Made by a program: the position numbers and the translations under genes. A stretch of DNA of 64,000 nucleotides from an uncultured Trueperaceae bacterium (GTDB lineage Bacteria > Deinococcota > Deinococci > Deinococcales > Trueperaceae): the NCBI GenBank assembly GCA_963815215.1, contig CAWFFU010000011.1, positions 160,001 through 224,000 of the forward strand, written 5' to 3'. The notes beneath the pieces were generated by a model. It was not told the origin of the DNA. It worked only from the letters and a program-made list of their open reading frames with translations, and searched no databases. Of the stretch, positions 1 to 9,537 are shown one piece after another; the stretch's first letter is position 1, and the number at the start of each line of letters is the position of its first letter.

Positions 1-1335
1 GCAGATAGGCGGTACTTCGGCACCGACGGCATCCGGGGGGTCGCCGGCGAATCCCCCATGACGGGGGCGTTCGCCTTCAGGCTCGGTGTCGCGACCGCCG
101 AGGGGCTGCGCCGCACCGGTACGGCGCGTCCGCACGTGGTGGTGGGCATGGACACTCGACGGTCGGGGCCGATGCTGGCCCATGCCGTGGCCGCGGGTCT
201 GGCGTCACGTGGGGCGGACGTCAGCTGGCTCGGCGTCATGCCCACGCCCGGCGTCTCCTACCTGACGCTCGCCCTCGAGGCGGACGCCGGCGTGGTGGTC
301 AGCGCCAGCCACAACCCTTTCGGGGACAACGGCCTCAAGCTCTTCAACGGCGCAGGCGAGAAGCTGTCGGACGCGCTCGAGGAGGAGATCGAGGCGCTGC
401 TCGAGCTGGACGTGGAGAGCCTCGAGCCCGTGGTGGGCAGCGCCGTCGGTTCGGCGACGCGCTACCGCACCGATGACGGGCACTACCTGCAGCATCTGCT
501 CGCGAACGCTCCGTACCTGGACGGCTTGCGGGTGGCGCTGGACTGCGCCAACGGCGCCAGCCACATGATCGCGCCCCGGCTCTTCGAGAAGATCGGCGCC
601 CGTCTCGACCTGATCCACGCCCGCCCCGACGGCGAGAACATCAACGTCGACTGCGGCAGCACGCATCCGGACACCGTTCGCCGACGCGTGCTCGAGCACG
701 AGCTGGACGTCGGCGTGACGTTCGACGGCGACGCCGACCGGGCCCTGCTGATCGACCGTCGGGGCCGCCTCGTGACCGGGGACCATATCCTGGCCATCTG
801 CGCGCTCACCGGGGGCGAGACCGAGGTGGTGGCCACGCTGATGAGCAACCTGGGCGTGGAGCGCTACCTGCAGGAGCGAGGCGTTCGGATGCATCGCGTC
901 CAGGTCGGCGACCGCTACGTCCACGAGGACCTGAAGCGGCGCGAGCTGCGCCTCGGCGGCGAGCAGTCGGGGCACGTGCTGTTCCTGGACAAGGCGCCCA
1001 CCGGTGATGGCATCCTCACGGCGCTGCAGGTGCTGGCTGCGGTGCGCAAGTCCGGCCGACCGCTCGAGGCATGGATGGACGAGATCCCGGTGTTCCCCCA
1101 GCGGCTGGTGAACGTCCGCGTGGCTGCGGGGGCCAGGGCCCACGTGATCGAGGCCGCGCCGGTGCGCGACGCGCTGGCGGCGGCGCGCGCACTGCTGGGC
1201 GACGACGGCCGCATCAACCTGCGGCCCAGCGGCACCGAGCCGCTGGTGCGCGTCATGGTCGAGGCGGAGGACGAGGAACTGGTGGAGCGGTTGGCGCGTG
1301 AGGTCGCGGCCACCGTCGAGTCGGCGGCGCGCTGA
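1..1335 (+). CDS. glmM: phosphoglucosamine mutase (start just upstream of window)
   Basis: Frame 1 reads RYFGTDGIRG from the window start; SASHNP phosphoserine motif, DGDADR metal loop, GGEQSGH, RPSGTEP. Confidence 0.95.
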   Translation, partial: ADRRYFGTDGIRGVAGESPMTGAFAFRLGVATAEGLRRTGTARPHVVVGMDTRRSGPMLAHAVAAGLASRGADVSWLGVMPTPGVSYLTLALEADAGVVVSASHNPFGDNGLKLFNGAGEKLSDALEEEIEALLELDVESLEPVVGSAVGSATRYRTDDGHYLQHLLANAPYLDGLRVALDCANGASHMIAPRLFEKIGARLDLIHARPDGENINVDCGSTHPDTVRRRVLEHELDVGVTFDGDADRALLIDRRGRLVTGDHILAICALTGGETEVVATLMSNLGVERYLQERGVRMHRVQVGDRYVHEDLKRRELRLGGEQSGHVLFLDKAPTGDGILTALQVLAAVRKSGRPLEAWMDEIPVFPQRLVNVRVAAGARAHVIEAAPVRDALAAARALLGDDGRINLRPSGTEPLVRVMVEAEDEELVERLAREVAATVESAAR

Positions 1336-1388
1336 GCGTATCGCGGTCGCCGGACCGGCGGCTCGCGGCGGACGAGTATAGTGCGTCC

Positions 1389-1592
1389 ATGAGTGAACCT
1401 GCGGGCGGCACGGATTGGACGACCGCCATCGGTTACGGGCTGGGCATCGGTATCTGCTCGGTGGCGTCGCTGGGCGTGTGGCTGCAATACTCGACCCAGA
1501 CCTTCACCGCCACGACCGGCGGGGCCCTGAGCCTGGGCATCGGACTGGTGGTCGGCGTCGGCTGGTTCCTACTGCGTCACCGTAGCGGCTGA
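1389..1592 (+). CDS. small two-TM membrane protein
   Basis: 67-aa hydrophobic ORF; TATAGT 6 nt upstream of ATG (leaderless -10 box). Confidence 0.65.
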   Translation: MSEPAGGTDWTTAIGYGLGIGICSVASLGVWLQYSTQTFTATTGGALSLGIGLVVGVGWFLLRHRSG

Positions 1593-1632
1593 GCCGGCTG
1601 CGCGCCCCGCTGAATGCGAGCCGAGCCGGCCG

Positions 1633-2583
1633 TCACGGCGCCGGCGGCGCGTGGCAGGCCGTCGATCCGCTGTCGTGGAAGGTGCCGCCCGGCACGGGCC
1701 GGAAGGCCCAGTCGTAGCCGCTCTTGCGTAGCGTCAGCTCGAGCACCCCGAAGGTCCCCACCTCGAGCGCCCGGCTGTTCGCCCGACGCCACAGCACGAC
1801 GTACTGAGGGGCTCCACCGGTACCCACCACGAACTCGCGGATCCCCTGGGCGGGATCGAGCCGGCCGTCGGCGTCCTGCAGCGCGAAGCGCTCGTAGTCG
1901 TGGTCGTGACCCGACAGAACGATGTCCACGCCGCCTACCTGCAACGCCGTCCAGAAAGGCGCCATGGCGTTGTCGTTGCCGTGCGGCCCCGAGCTGAAGC
2001 GCGGGTGGTGGAAGAACGCCAGGCTGCACTGGCTGGGGTGCGCCTTCAGGTCGGCGGCGATCCAACGCGCCTCCGGCGAGTCGGGCCCGCAACCGCCCAC
2101 AGCCGGGCAGTTCGAGTTCAGCGCGAGGATGTGCCATGCCCCGAGGTCGAAGCTGTAGTAGCCCTTGCCCGGATCGCCGGCGCGCGCGCCCCAGTAGGCG
2201 AAGTAGCCCTCGGCGCCGTGGTAGTACTCGTGATTGCCCGGCACCGGGTAGGTGATGGCCTTGAAGCGGCCCCAACTGCGCTCGTACGCGGCCCGGAACG
2301 ACGCCAGCGAGCCGTAGGGGTACTGCAGGTCGCCAACGGCCAGCACGGCATCGGGATGGAGGCTGGCCGCCAGGTCTGCGGTGGCCTGCTGCTGGCACGC
2401 CCGCGGTGCCGGCGTGGCGTCGGGCTGGCATACGATGTCGCCAGCAGCCACAACGGTCACCGGCTGCGAGCCGGATTGCGCGCGCGCCCGCCCCGTCAGG
2501 CCCATGGCGGCTGCCAGGAGGGCGATCGCCAGCAGGACAGGCAACGGCGGGGACCGCCGTGCCGCGGTGATCAGGCGTGTCAT
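1633..2583 (-). CDS. secreted calcineurin-like metallophosphoesterase
   Basis: Signal peptide; AAGD, GDLQY, GNHEY, FHHP, GHDH motifs. Confidence 0.9.
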   Translation of the reverse strand: MTRLITAARRSPPLPVLLAIALLAAAMGLTGRARAQSGSQPVTVVAAGDIVCQPDATPAPRACQQQATADLAASLHPDAVLAVGDLQYPYGSLASFRAAYERSWGRFKAITYPVPGNHEYYHGAEGYFAYWGARAGDPGKGYYSFDLGAWHILALNSNCPAVGGCGPDSPEARWIAADLKAHPSQCSLAFFHHPRFSSGPHGNDNAMAPFWTALQVGGVDIVLSGHDHDYERFALQDADGRLDPAQGIREFVVGTGGAPQYVVLWRRANSRALEVGTFGVLELTLRKSGYDWAFRPVPGGTFHDSGSTACHAPPAP

Positions 2584-2654
2584 GGCCGCTACGCTACCGG
2601 GACGGCCGACGCAATGGGTGAGAACGAAGCGCCCGCGGCGCTTAGCATGGGACC

Positions 2655-3263
2655 ATGATCGACATCACGCGCGAACTCTCCGAGGGGCACCCGGTGTGGC
2701 CGGGCGACAGCGACTACTGCCTCGAGCAGGTGAGCAGCATCGATCGCGGCAGCGCCGTCAACGTCATGCGGCTCAGCACCACCACCCATCTGGGCACCCA
2801 CCTCGACGCACCCTGGCACTACGCGAGCTCCGGCGCCCGCCTTGGTGCCGTGGGGCTCGACACGCTGGTGGGAGAGGCGCTGGTGATCGACGCCCGCGGC
2901 GAAGGCACGGTCTCGGCCGACGTGCTCCCGGACGCCCCGCTTCCGCCCCGGGTCCTGCTGCGCACCGGTCAGCCGGAACGCTGGGAGAGGTTCCCGAGCT
3001 TCCGACCCCTCGACCCCGCGCTCATCGAAGCGCTCGGCGGCCGGGGCGTCCGTCTGCTGGGAACGGACGCGCCCAGTGTCGACGCCCTGGACAGCAAGGA
3101 CCTGCCGGCGCACCGTGCTTGCTTCCGGACCGACATCGCCATCGTGGAGGGGCTCGAGCTCAGCCGCGTGGCGCCCGGCCGCTATCGCCTCATCTGCCTG
3201 CCGCTGCGCATGCCGCACGCCGACGCCTCACCGGTGCGGGCGCTGCTCGAGCCGCTCCCCTGA
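2655..3263 (+). CDS. kynB: cyclase family protein (kynurenine formamidase-like)
   Basis: HLGTHLDAPWH motif, GTDAPSVD, IVEGL, DASPVRA. Confidence 0.8.
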   Translation: MIDITRELSEGHPVWPGDSDYCLEQVSSIDRGSAVNVMRLSTTTHLGTHLDAPWHYASSGARLGAVGLDTLVGEALVIDARGEGTVSADVLPDAPLPPRVLLRTGQPERWERFPSFRPLDPALIEALGGRGVRLLGTDAPSVDALDSKDLPAHRACFRTDIAIVEGLELSRVAPGRYRLICLPLRMPHADASPVRALLEPLP

Positions 3264-3290
3264 CAACGCTTGCGACGACCCACACCAAGA

Positions 3291-3322
3291 CACGAGCGGG
3301 CGCCGTTGGGCGCCCGCTCGTG
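3291..3322. terminator. GC-rich hairpin between convergent genes
   Basis: CACGAGCGGGCGCC...GGCGCCCGCTCGTG inverted repeat. Confidence 0.6.
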
Positions 3323-3364
3323 CTCCGTCCTCGCCGCGAGGGCGACGATGGACCGTGGCGAAGA

Positions 3365-3874
3365 TCAGCGCACGACGAGGTAGCCCGCCATGTAGCCGTC
3401 CTGGCCGTTGCCGTCGAAGCCCTTGCTCATACCCCAGTGGGTAGGACCGTCGCAGGGGATGGCGCAGTACCAGCGGTAGTAACCGACCTTGGCGGGCGCC
3501 GTGAAGGTGAACGTGGTCTTGCCGGGTGTGAAGCCGGTCTCCTTGCCGCTGGCGTCCTTGGTGAAGGTGCCGCCCTTGGCGACGAGGTTCATGTTGATCT
3601 CGGGAGCGGTGATGCTGTGGTCGCCGTCGTCGTAGTTGATGACGGTGAGCGTCACCTGCTGGCCGGGCTCCACGACCAGGTCAGAGGGCATGATCGCGTC
3701 GTGGTTGGTGCCGTCGGGGCCGGGCTTGCCGAGCACGCCCGCGACACTGTTGCTGTGCATGACGACCATCGTCAGGCTCACGGGAGCCGGCTTGCTCGCC
3801 GCCAGCGCCGGCATCAGCGCCATGAGAACGAAGGCCGCTACCATCAGGACCGCACCTTTGCGAACGTTTTGCAT
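3365..3874 (-). CDS. secreted cupredoxin-domain protein with CuA-like ligand motif
   Basis: Start MQNVRKG after a GGAG RBS; signal peptide; DHSITAP and WYCAIPCDGPTHWGM motifs. Confidence 0.75.
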   Translation of the reverse strand: MQNVRKGAVLMVAAFVLMALMPALAASKPAPVSLTMVVMHSNSVAGVLGKPGPDGTNHDAIMPSDLVVEPGQQVTLTVINYDDGDHSITAPEINMNLVAKGGTFTKDASGKETGFTPGKTTFTFTAPAKVGYYRWYCAIPCDGPTHWGMSKGFDGNGQDGYMAGYLVVR

Positions 3875-4072
3875 GATGACTCTCCACTTCTGAACTCGGT
3901 TCCGAGCTCGCCTTGACCGCGTTCGGCCAACGAGAGCTATGCTCACTCCGCACGCCCTATCGGCTGTAGGGACATTTGACCCGTCCAGGACATATGTCCT
4001 GGTCATCGTCACGCCTCCGGAGGGGTCCGGCGCCACTCATGGCTCACACGTTCGTGGCGTTAGGCTGCTGCC

Positions 4073-4783
4073 GTGTACGGCACTCGGACGTGGCGCTTCG
4101 TGGCTCTCGGCGCAGCCGTGGGACTGGTCGCCGGGGTGGCTCTGTTCTTGTGGCCGGGTCCGTTGGCGACCGCGGCCGGAGCCCCCTCCCCGCTACCGAG
4201 GCTCTTCCGATCCCCGAGCTACGCGCTGGTGGATCAGCTCGACCTGCCGGTGGCTTCCACCGACTTCCTCGGCAAGGTCCGCCTGGTCGTGACGATGGAC
4301 CCCTACTGCACCACCCTGTGCCCGCTCACGGCCTCCAAGGTTCTGAACCTCGAGCAGGTGCTGAAGCAACGTCACCTCGCGAACGACGTCCAGGTCGTGG
4401 CCTTCGACATCGATCCGGCCACCGGTCCCGGGGACCTTCGGGCCTTCCTGGTCCAGGAGGGTGTCGACCCGAATGCCCGCTGGCTGGCCTACCTCACGGG
4501 CGCCTCCGCCACGGTGCGAAGCGTCGTGCTCGACGGCTACCACACCAGCTACACCCGCGTCTCCAACGCCCAGGCCACGTCGCTCGCACCCAGCACCTAC
4601 CAGGCCCGCATGCGTAACCCGGTAGCCGAGAAGGCGAACGCGCCGTTCGCTGTCATGCATCAGAGCCCGTTGTTCATCGTCGATCGTCACGGCTGGGTGC
4701 GAGCCGTCTTCGACGACGCCAGCACGGCGCCCAGCGAACTGGTAGCAGGGGACGTTGCGCGCCTGGCGGGGGCCGGAGGATGA
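4073..4783 (+). CDS. SCO1/SenC family copper chaperone
   Basis: N-terminal TM; DPYCTTLCP (CxxxC) and distal His (VMHQSPLFIVD). Confidence 0.85.
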   Translation: MYGTRTWRFVALGAAVGLVAGVALFLWPGPLATAAGAPSPLPRLFRSPSYALVDQLDLPVASTDFLGKVRLVVTMDPYCTTLCPLTASKVLNLEQVLKQRHLANDVQVVAFDIDPATGPGDLRAFLVQEGVDPNARWLAYLTGASATVRSVVLDGYHTSYTRVSNAQATSLAPSTYQARMRNPVAEKANAPFAVMHQSPLFIVDRHGWVRAVFDDASTAPSELVAGDVARLAGAGG

Positions 4784-5586
4784 GCACCGCCCCGCGTCCC
4801 AATGGCACCGTCCGCACCGTCCGCACCGTCCGCGCCGCCCAGATCCTGATCGGCCTGCTGCTGGGAGGGGTGCTGGCGTTCGTGGGTAGCGATCTCTACC
4901 ACGGCGTGGCGAACCCTGCCAGGATCGCCGCCGCACGGGCCGAGCGCGGCTACGCGATCCACGACCTGGGTGCGGCCCCTAGCCTGCGCGGCTTCACCGA
5001 TCAGCTGGGGCGGCCCTTCGACCCTTCCACGCTGCGCGGCAAAGTCCAGGTCGTCAGCTTCCTCGATCCCCGCGGCACTCGCGTGAGCCCGGTGATCGGC
5101 GTCAACCTCTTGATGGCGCTGGAGAGCGACCTGAAGACCACCGGAAGGTTCGGCAAGGACGTCGTGTTCGTGTCCCTGAACGTCGACCCGCAGGCCGCCG
5201 ACCCGGCCACCGCCGCGAGCTTCCTGAAGCAGGTGGTGGGCTTCGGCACGGTCCCGGCTCCGGCGGAGCAATGGGTGTTCCTTGGCGCCTCGCCGACCCA
5301 CGTGGCGCAGGTCGTCCGGGAGGGCTACGGTGTCCCCTACCGCCGTCTGGGCGACGGCGCGTTCCAACGTTACGCCGCCCGACAGAAGGCGCAGGGGACC
5401 TACTTCTACGCGCGCGCCTGGAACCCGCTCGCCGAGAGCGGACTGCCGGCCGTGGTAGGCAACAGCACGATCATGATCGTGGGACCCAACGGGCACATCC
5501 GCGCCCGCATCCCGCGCGCCTACCAGGTGTCGAGCGTGGCGGTCGAGCAGACGATCGAGGCGGTGCTCGCGAAGAGCGGCCGCTGA
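4780..5586 (+). CDS. SCO-like protein lacking the copper-binding cysteines
   Basis: FTDQLG...LRGKVQVVSF, SLNVDP and WVFLGA Sco fold; the CxxxC position reads DPRGTRVSP. Confidence 0.75.
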   Translation: MSTAPRPNGTVRTVRTVRAAQILIGLLLGGVLAFVGSDLYHGVANPARIAAARAERGYAIHDLGAAPSLRGFTDQLGRPFDPSTLRGKVQVVSFLDPRGTRVSPVIGVNLLMALESDLKTTGRFGKDVVFVSLNVDPQAADPATAASFLKQVVGFGTVPAPAEQWVFLGASPTHVAQVVREGYGVPYRRLGDGAFQRYAARQKAQGTYFYARAWNPLAESGLPAVVGNSTIMIVGPNGHIRARIPRAYQVSSVAVEQTIEAVLAKSGR

Positions 5587-5796
5587 GCCCCGCGGCGCCG
5601 TCCGAGGTCTCGCCGCGCGCCATCGGGCCGATCCCCCCGCTGCAAGTCCGTCGAGGGCGGACCGTCGTCGGGGATCGGCCGTGTCGGTTTCGTCACAATC
5701 TGCCCGTCCGTGCGGCCTCCGTGACAGCCGTCCGGCCATTCTGACTGCATCCTCGAATCGGACACTCGAAGCACCGTCCGGAGGCGGGGAAGCAGC

Positions 5797-6882
5797 ATGC
5801 GCGATCTGAACCTGGTCAGGAGACGGCGTCGAACACTCTGGAGCTACACGTTCCAGGCGCTCGTCGTGCTCACGCTCCTGGCGCTCGGCTGGCTGCTCCT
5901 CGTCGAGGTCGGAAGCTCGGACTTCGTCCTCGTCCACCTGATGTACGCGCCGATCCTGCTGGCGGCGTTCTGGTTCCGGAAAGCGGGTGCCGTCCTGGCG
6001 GGGCTGCTCGCGGCGTTGCTCGCTGGACCGCTGCTGCCGCGCGACGTCGTTCCCGCCGAGTACGCGAACGGGACCTGGCTGATCCGGGCCCTCTTCTTCG
6101 TCGCGACGGGCGTCCTGTCCGGTCACCTCAGCCATCTGTTGGACGCCCGACTCACCCAACTTCAAGACGTCTACGGCCGCATCACGCACCTCTATGCACG
6201 GACACTTCGCGGCTTCATGCGGCTGCTGGAGTACAAGGACGAGGAGACGATGGCCCACTGCGAGCGTGTCGCCCGCAACGCGCTCACCCTCGGTCACGCC
6301 CTGGGCCTCGACTCGCATCGGCTCGAGACCTTGTACTGGGCAGGCTACCTGCACGATCTCGGCAAGCTCGCCACGCCCGCGAGCGTCCTCTTGAAGGCCG
6401 GGAGGCTCACCGACGCGGAGTACGACATCATCAAACAGCACGCCGCGGTCGGCGCCGACCTGCTTCTGGGCGTTTCGCCGGCCTTCCGCGAGATCGCCGT
6501 CGGCGTGAGACATCATCACGAACGCTGGGACGGCGGAGGCTACCCGGACGGCCTGAGCCAGCGGGACATCCCCATCCTAGGGCGCATCCTGACGGTCGTG
6601 GACATGTTCGAGGCCATGACGTCGGACCGTCCCTACCGGAAGGGCATCCCTGTCGAGGACGCGCGCGCCATCATCGAGGGCGAGGCCGGCGGCCAGATCG
6701 ACCCGGACCTCGCTGAGCTGTTCCTGCGACTGGAGGCCGAAGGCCGCATCCACGTCGAGGGGCGAGACGGGAAGCACACGGGGATCGCTGTGCCGGACCA
6801 CTTCAACCCCGAGGCTCCGATCTTCGCTGATGGGAACGGGCATCCGCCGCGTAAGGTAGCCGTTGGCGGCGCTCTGCCATGA
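5797..6882 (+). CDS. membrane-anchored HD-GYP domain phosphodiesterase
   Basis: N-terminal TMs; HCERV, LHDLGK, HHHERWDGGGYPDGL, SDRPYRK. Confidence 0.9.
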   Translation: MRDLNLVRRRRRTLWSYTFQALVVLTLLALGWLLLVEVGSSDFVLVHLMYAPILLAAFWFRKAGAVLAGLLAALLAGPLLPRDVVPAEYANGTWLIRALFFVATGVLSGHLSHLLDARLTQLQDVYGRITHLYARTLRGFMRLLEYKDEETMAHCERVARNALTLGHALGLDSHRLETLYWAGYLHDLGKLATPASVLLKAGRLTDAEYDIIKQHAAVGADLLLGVSPAFREIAVGVRHHHERWDGGGYPDGLSQRDIPILGRILTVVDMFEAMTSDRPYRKGIPVEDARAIIEGEAGGQIDPDLAELFLRLEAEGRIHVEGRDGKHTGIAVPDHFNPEAPIFADGNGHPPRKVAVGGALP

Positions 6883-6889
6883 TCGTCTC

Positions 6890-7189
6890 ATGAGCGGCGA
6901 ACGAACGCCTCAACACATCGAGGCTCGCATGCTCGAAGGGCTGCGAGACGTCACCCGACTGGCGACCGATCTCGGGGTCGAGAACGTCTTCGCGGTCGAG
7001 CTCTTCATGGCCCAGCAGAGCGTCCAAGACGCCGTAGAGAGCAAGTCCAGGCAGCGCACCGACCAGGCCATGACGGAGATCCGCGAACTCGCCATGCGTA
7101 TCACGCGCACGACCACCAGCCGGAGCGCGATCCGCCGGCCCGCATCACTCATGCAGATCGGGACGACCCGGCGAAGCGTCCGCCGATAG
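6890..7189 (+). CDS. hypothetical protein
   Basis: Helical ORF directly after the HD-GYP gene with GC-typical codon use; no recognised motif. Confidence 0.45.
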   Translation: MSGERTPQHIEARMLEGLRDVTRLATDLGVENVFAVELFMAQQSVQDAVESKSRQRTDQAMTEIRELAMRITRTTTSRSAIRRPASLMQIGTTRRSVRR

Positions 7190-7573
7190 GCTGTCTCAGA
7201 CGAAGTTGATCTGACCCCGCGGAGTTCGTTGAGCCAGGCAGGAGATGGGACGAAGGAGCCCCTGCGGGTTGCCGCCAGGATGACCATGGGCGGCAGGATC
7301 CCGGTCCCGGTCACGGCCGTGGGCCAGGAGATGCCGACGGCGACCGCGAGGCCGACGACCAGAGCGAGCAGAAGAAGACGCTTCACAACACCCCCCAGGC
7401 AGCAACACAAGCTCGCCAGGCGCACCCGGCACCGGAAGGAATCTAAGTAGCCTTACTGCCGGCCAGTAACTCTCCTCAAGGAACCGCGCGGAGCCCATTA
7501 CTGCCACCCCATACGTACGACCTTTCAGCTGACGTCGCCACCGCCGTCACCCGCCCCCACGATTAGAGCGATC

Positions 7574-7610
7574 TTAGGCCAGTTTATGCAATGGCGATAA
7601 ATTGGCCTAA
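7574..7610. promoter_or_regulatory. 14-bp inverted repeat (candidate operator) upstream of AAA ATPase
   Basis: TTAGGCCAGTTTAT-N9-ATAAATTGGCCTAA, one mismatch. Confidence 0.55.
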
Positions 7611-7627
7611 TTTTGCTACACTTAGGC

Positions 7628-8830
7628 ATGGATCCGGTTCGCAACCCCTTCGCGCCCGGAGCAGGAGCCCCACCGCCGGAGCTTGCTGGCCGGGATGAGT
7701 TGCGGGAGAGCATTCGTGTCGCGATCGAGCGGACACGTCGGCGGAAGCCGTCGAAGAGCAGCATCCTGGTTGGTCTCCGGGGCGTCGGGAAGACCGTCTT
7801 GCTGGATCGGATTCGTGATGATGCTGAGGCCGTAGGCATCCAGACGCTTCGGGTTGAGGCACCCGAAGAGCGCTCACTGCCCGCATTGCTGGCCCCCGAG
7901 CTAAGGGTCGTGCTCCTTCGATTGTCCCGGCAGGAACAGGCGAGAGCACTTGCGCAACGGGCCCTGCGGGGACTGGCTGGTTTCGTGGGCGCCCTCAAGC
8001 TCAAGTACCAGGACATCGAAGTAGGTCTCGACTTCGACGCCGAGCCGGGCTTGGCGGACAACGGCGACCTAGAGCATGATCTTCCCGCCCTCTTCGAAGT
8101 GGTGGGCGCGGCGGCACAACAGGCTGATACGGCGCTCGCCATGTTCGTTGACGAACTGCAATACGTCGAGAACGACGAGTTGGCCGCCCTCATCACCGCC
8201 CTGCACCGGGCCGCGCAACGAAAGCTGCCGATCATCCTCGTCGGGGCGGGCCTCCCACAACTGCGGGCCCAAGTTGGTGAGGCAAAATCCTATGCGGAGC
8301 GGCTCTTCGATTTCCCGGCAGTTGGACCCCTGACGCGTAAAGACGTCGACCTCGCCATCGCCAAGCCCATAAGGGATGAAGGCGCAGACATTACCCAGGC
8401 CGCGCTCGACCGCATCGTCGCGGAGACGAAGGGATACGCCTACTTCTTGCAGGAATGGGGCAAGCATTCGTGGGACGTTGCGAGTACCTCGCCCATCACG
8501 GTGGACGACGTGAATGCAGGCTCAATCACCGCGACGGCTGCCCTGGATGCGAGCTTCTTCAGCGTTCGCTTTGACCGACTCACTCCAGCAGAGAAAAGGT
8601 ATCTGCGCGGCATGGCCGAGCTGGGGCCAGGGCCTCACCGATCCGGTGACGTTGCTGAGGCTCTCGGCCGGAAAGTGACCTCTCTGGGCCCCACGAGAGC
8701 GCAATCGATATTCAAGGGAATGATCTGGAGCCCGAACCACGGCGAGACCGCATTCACCGTTCCTTTGTTCGATGAATTCATGCGGCGCATCATGCCCGGG
8801 GACACGTGGCGGACGACGAGAGGTTCGTAG
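7628..8830 (+). CDS. AAA-family ATP-binding protein with C-terminal winged helix
   Basis: NPFAPGAG..PP.LAGR N-terminus, Walker A GLRGVGKT, Walker B MFVDELQ, C-terminal FTVPLFDEF. Confidence 0.85.
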   Translation: MDPVRNPFAPGAGAPPPELAGRDELRESIRVAIERTRRRKPSKSSILVGLRGVGKTVLLDRIRDDAEAVGIQTLRVEAPEERSLPALLAPELRVVLLRLSRQEQARALAQRALRGLAGFVGALKLKYQDIEVGLDFDAEPGLADNGDLEHDLPALFEVVGAAAQQADTALAMFVDELQYVENDELAALITALHRAAQRKLPIILVGAGLPQLRAQVGEAKSYAERLFDFPAVGPLTRKDVDLAIAKPIRDEGADITQAALDRIVAETKGYAYFLQEWGKHSWDVASTSPITVDDVNAGSITATAALDASFFSVRFDRLTPAEKRYLRGMAELGPGPHRSGDVAEALGRKVTSLGPTRAQSIFKGMIWSPNHGETAFTVPLFDEFMRRIMPGDTWRTTRGS

Positions 8831-8851
8831 GGAGCAGGACACAGCCCCTAC

Positions 8852-9421
8852 GTGTCCAGAAACGCAGCCGCTACGCTCTCAAGCGCCCTCACCCGGGCCG
8901 CGCAGTGGGAGCTCATCGCCCGAAACCCGTACACCGCCGGCGCGGTGCTCAGGCCCGTGCTCCCAACCAGCGAGGCCGGCTTCTGGGAACCCAGCGAGGC
9001 GCGCACGTTCATCCAGCATGACGCAGTGCGCGAACACCCGCTTTTCGTCGCCTGCTACCTCACGTTGAATCTCGGGCTTCGCTTGGGCGAACTGCGCGGC
9101 CTGCAGTGGATCGACCTGGTGGATCTCCGCGATCGGGATGGCGCGCCTCTCCCCCACCTTCACGTACAGCGGCAGGCGGTGGACGATCGCAGCATCCCGA
9201 CGCTCACCTCCAGGTTGAAGACGAGGACGTCGAATCGGTTCATTCCGCTTCCGCGAAGCACCATGGCGCTGCTCGAGGAGTGGCGGCTCGCGCAGCAGTT
9301 GCACGGCGAGCAGCCTGAACTCATCATCACGACGGAGCGCGTCTACATCCACCTGCTCCGCGAAGCAACGCATGGAGAGAGCCTCTCGCTCGAGCGGATG
9401 CTCGGAGAGGAGGAGCCTTGA
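8852..9421 (+). pseudogene. decayed tyrosine integrase fragment
   Basis: GLRLGELRGLQWIDL box I and LKTRTSNRFIPLP present; N-terminus, HxxR and LGH segments absent (ELIITT joins directly to ERVYIHL). Confidence 0.8.
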
Positions 9422-9492
9422 GTTGCAGCTGGAAGTCTCGACTCGTAGCTCCGCACGGCAAGAGAGAAGCCCCGTCGGTGACGGGGCTTTCT

Positions 9493-9537
9493 TGGTGCGC
9501 CTGCAAGGATTCGAACCCTGGACCTTCTGATCCGTAG
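9493..9537 (-). repeat. att site: 45-bp duplicate of the tRNA-Arg(ACG) 3' half
   Basis: TGGTGCGCCTGCAAGGATTCGAACCCTGGACCTTCTGATCCGTAG identical to 41322-41366. Confidence 0.95.

Noticed and set aside
4805..4831. 9-bp repeat x3 (TVR TVR TVR) and 10-bp repeat x3 at 54181-54209
   Set aside because: Short simple slippage repeats without spacers or evident function
4687..6519. Long antisense or alternate-frame ORFs (also 26221-27735, 54833-56095, 61902-63956 and others)
   Set aside because: Shadow ORFs expected in high-GC DNA opposite well-supported genes
6910..7425. Minus-strand ORF with signal-peptide-like start (VKRLLLLALVV)
   Set aside because: It overlaps the plus-strand ORF 6890-7189 antisense and has no recognisable domain; insufficient support
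9493..9537. A second complete tRNA-Arg gene
   Set aside because: Only the 3' 45 nt are present; the D-arm and 5' acceptor strand are missing, so it is an att duplicate
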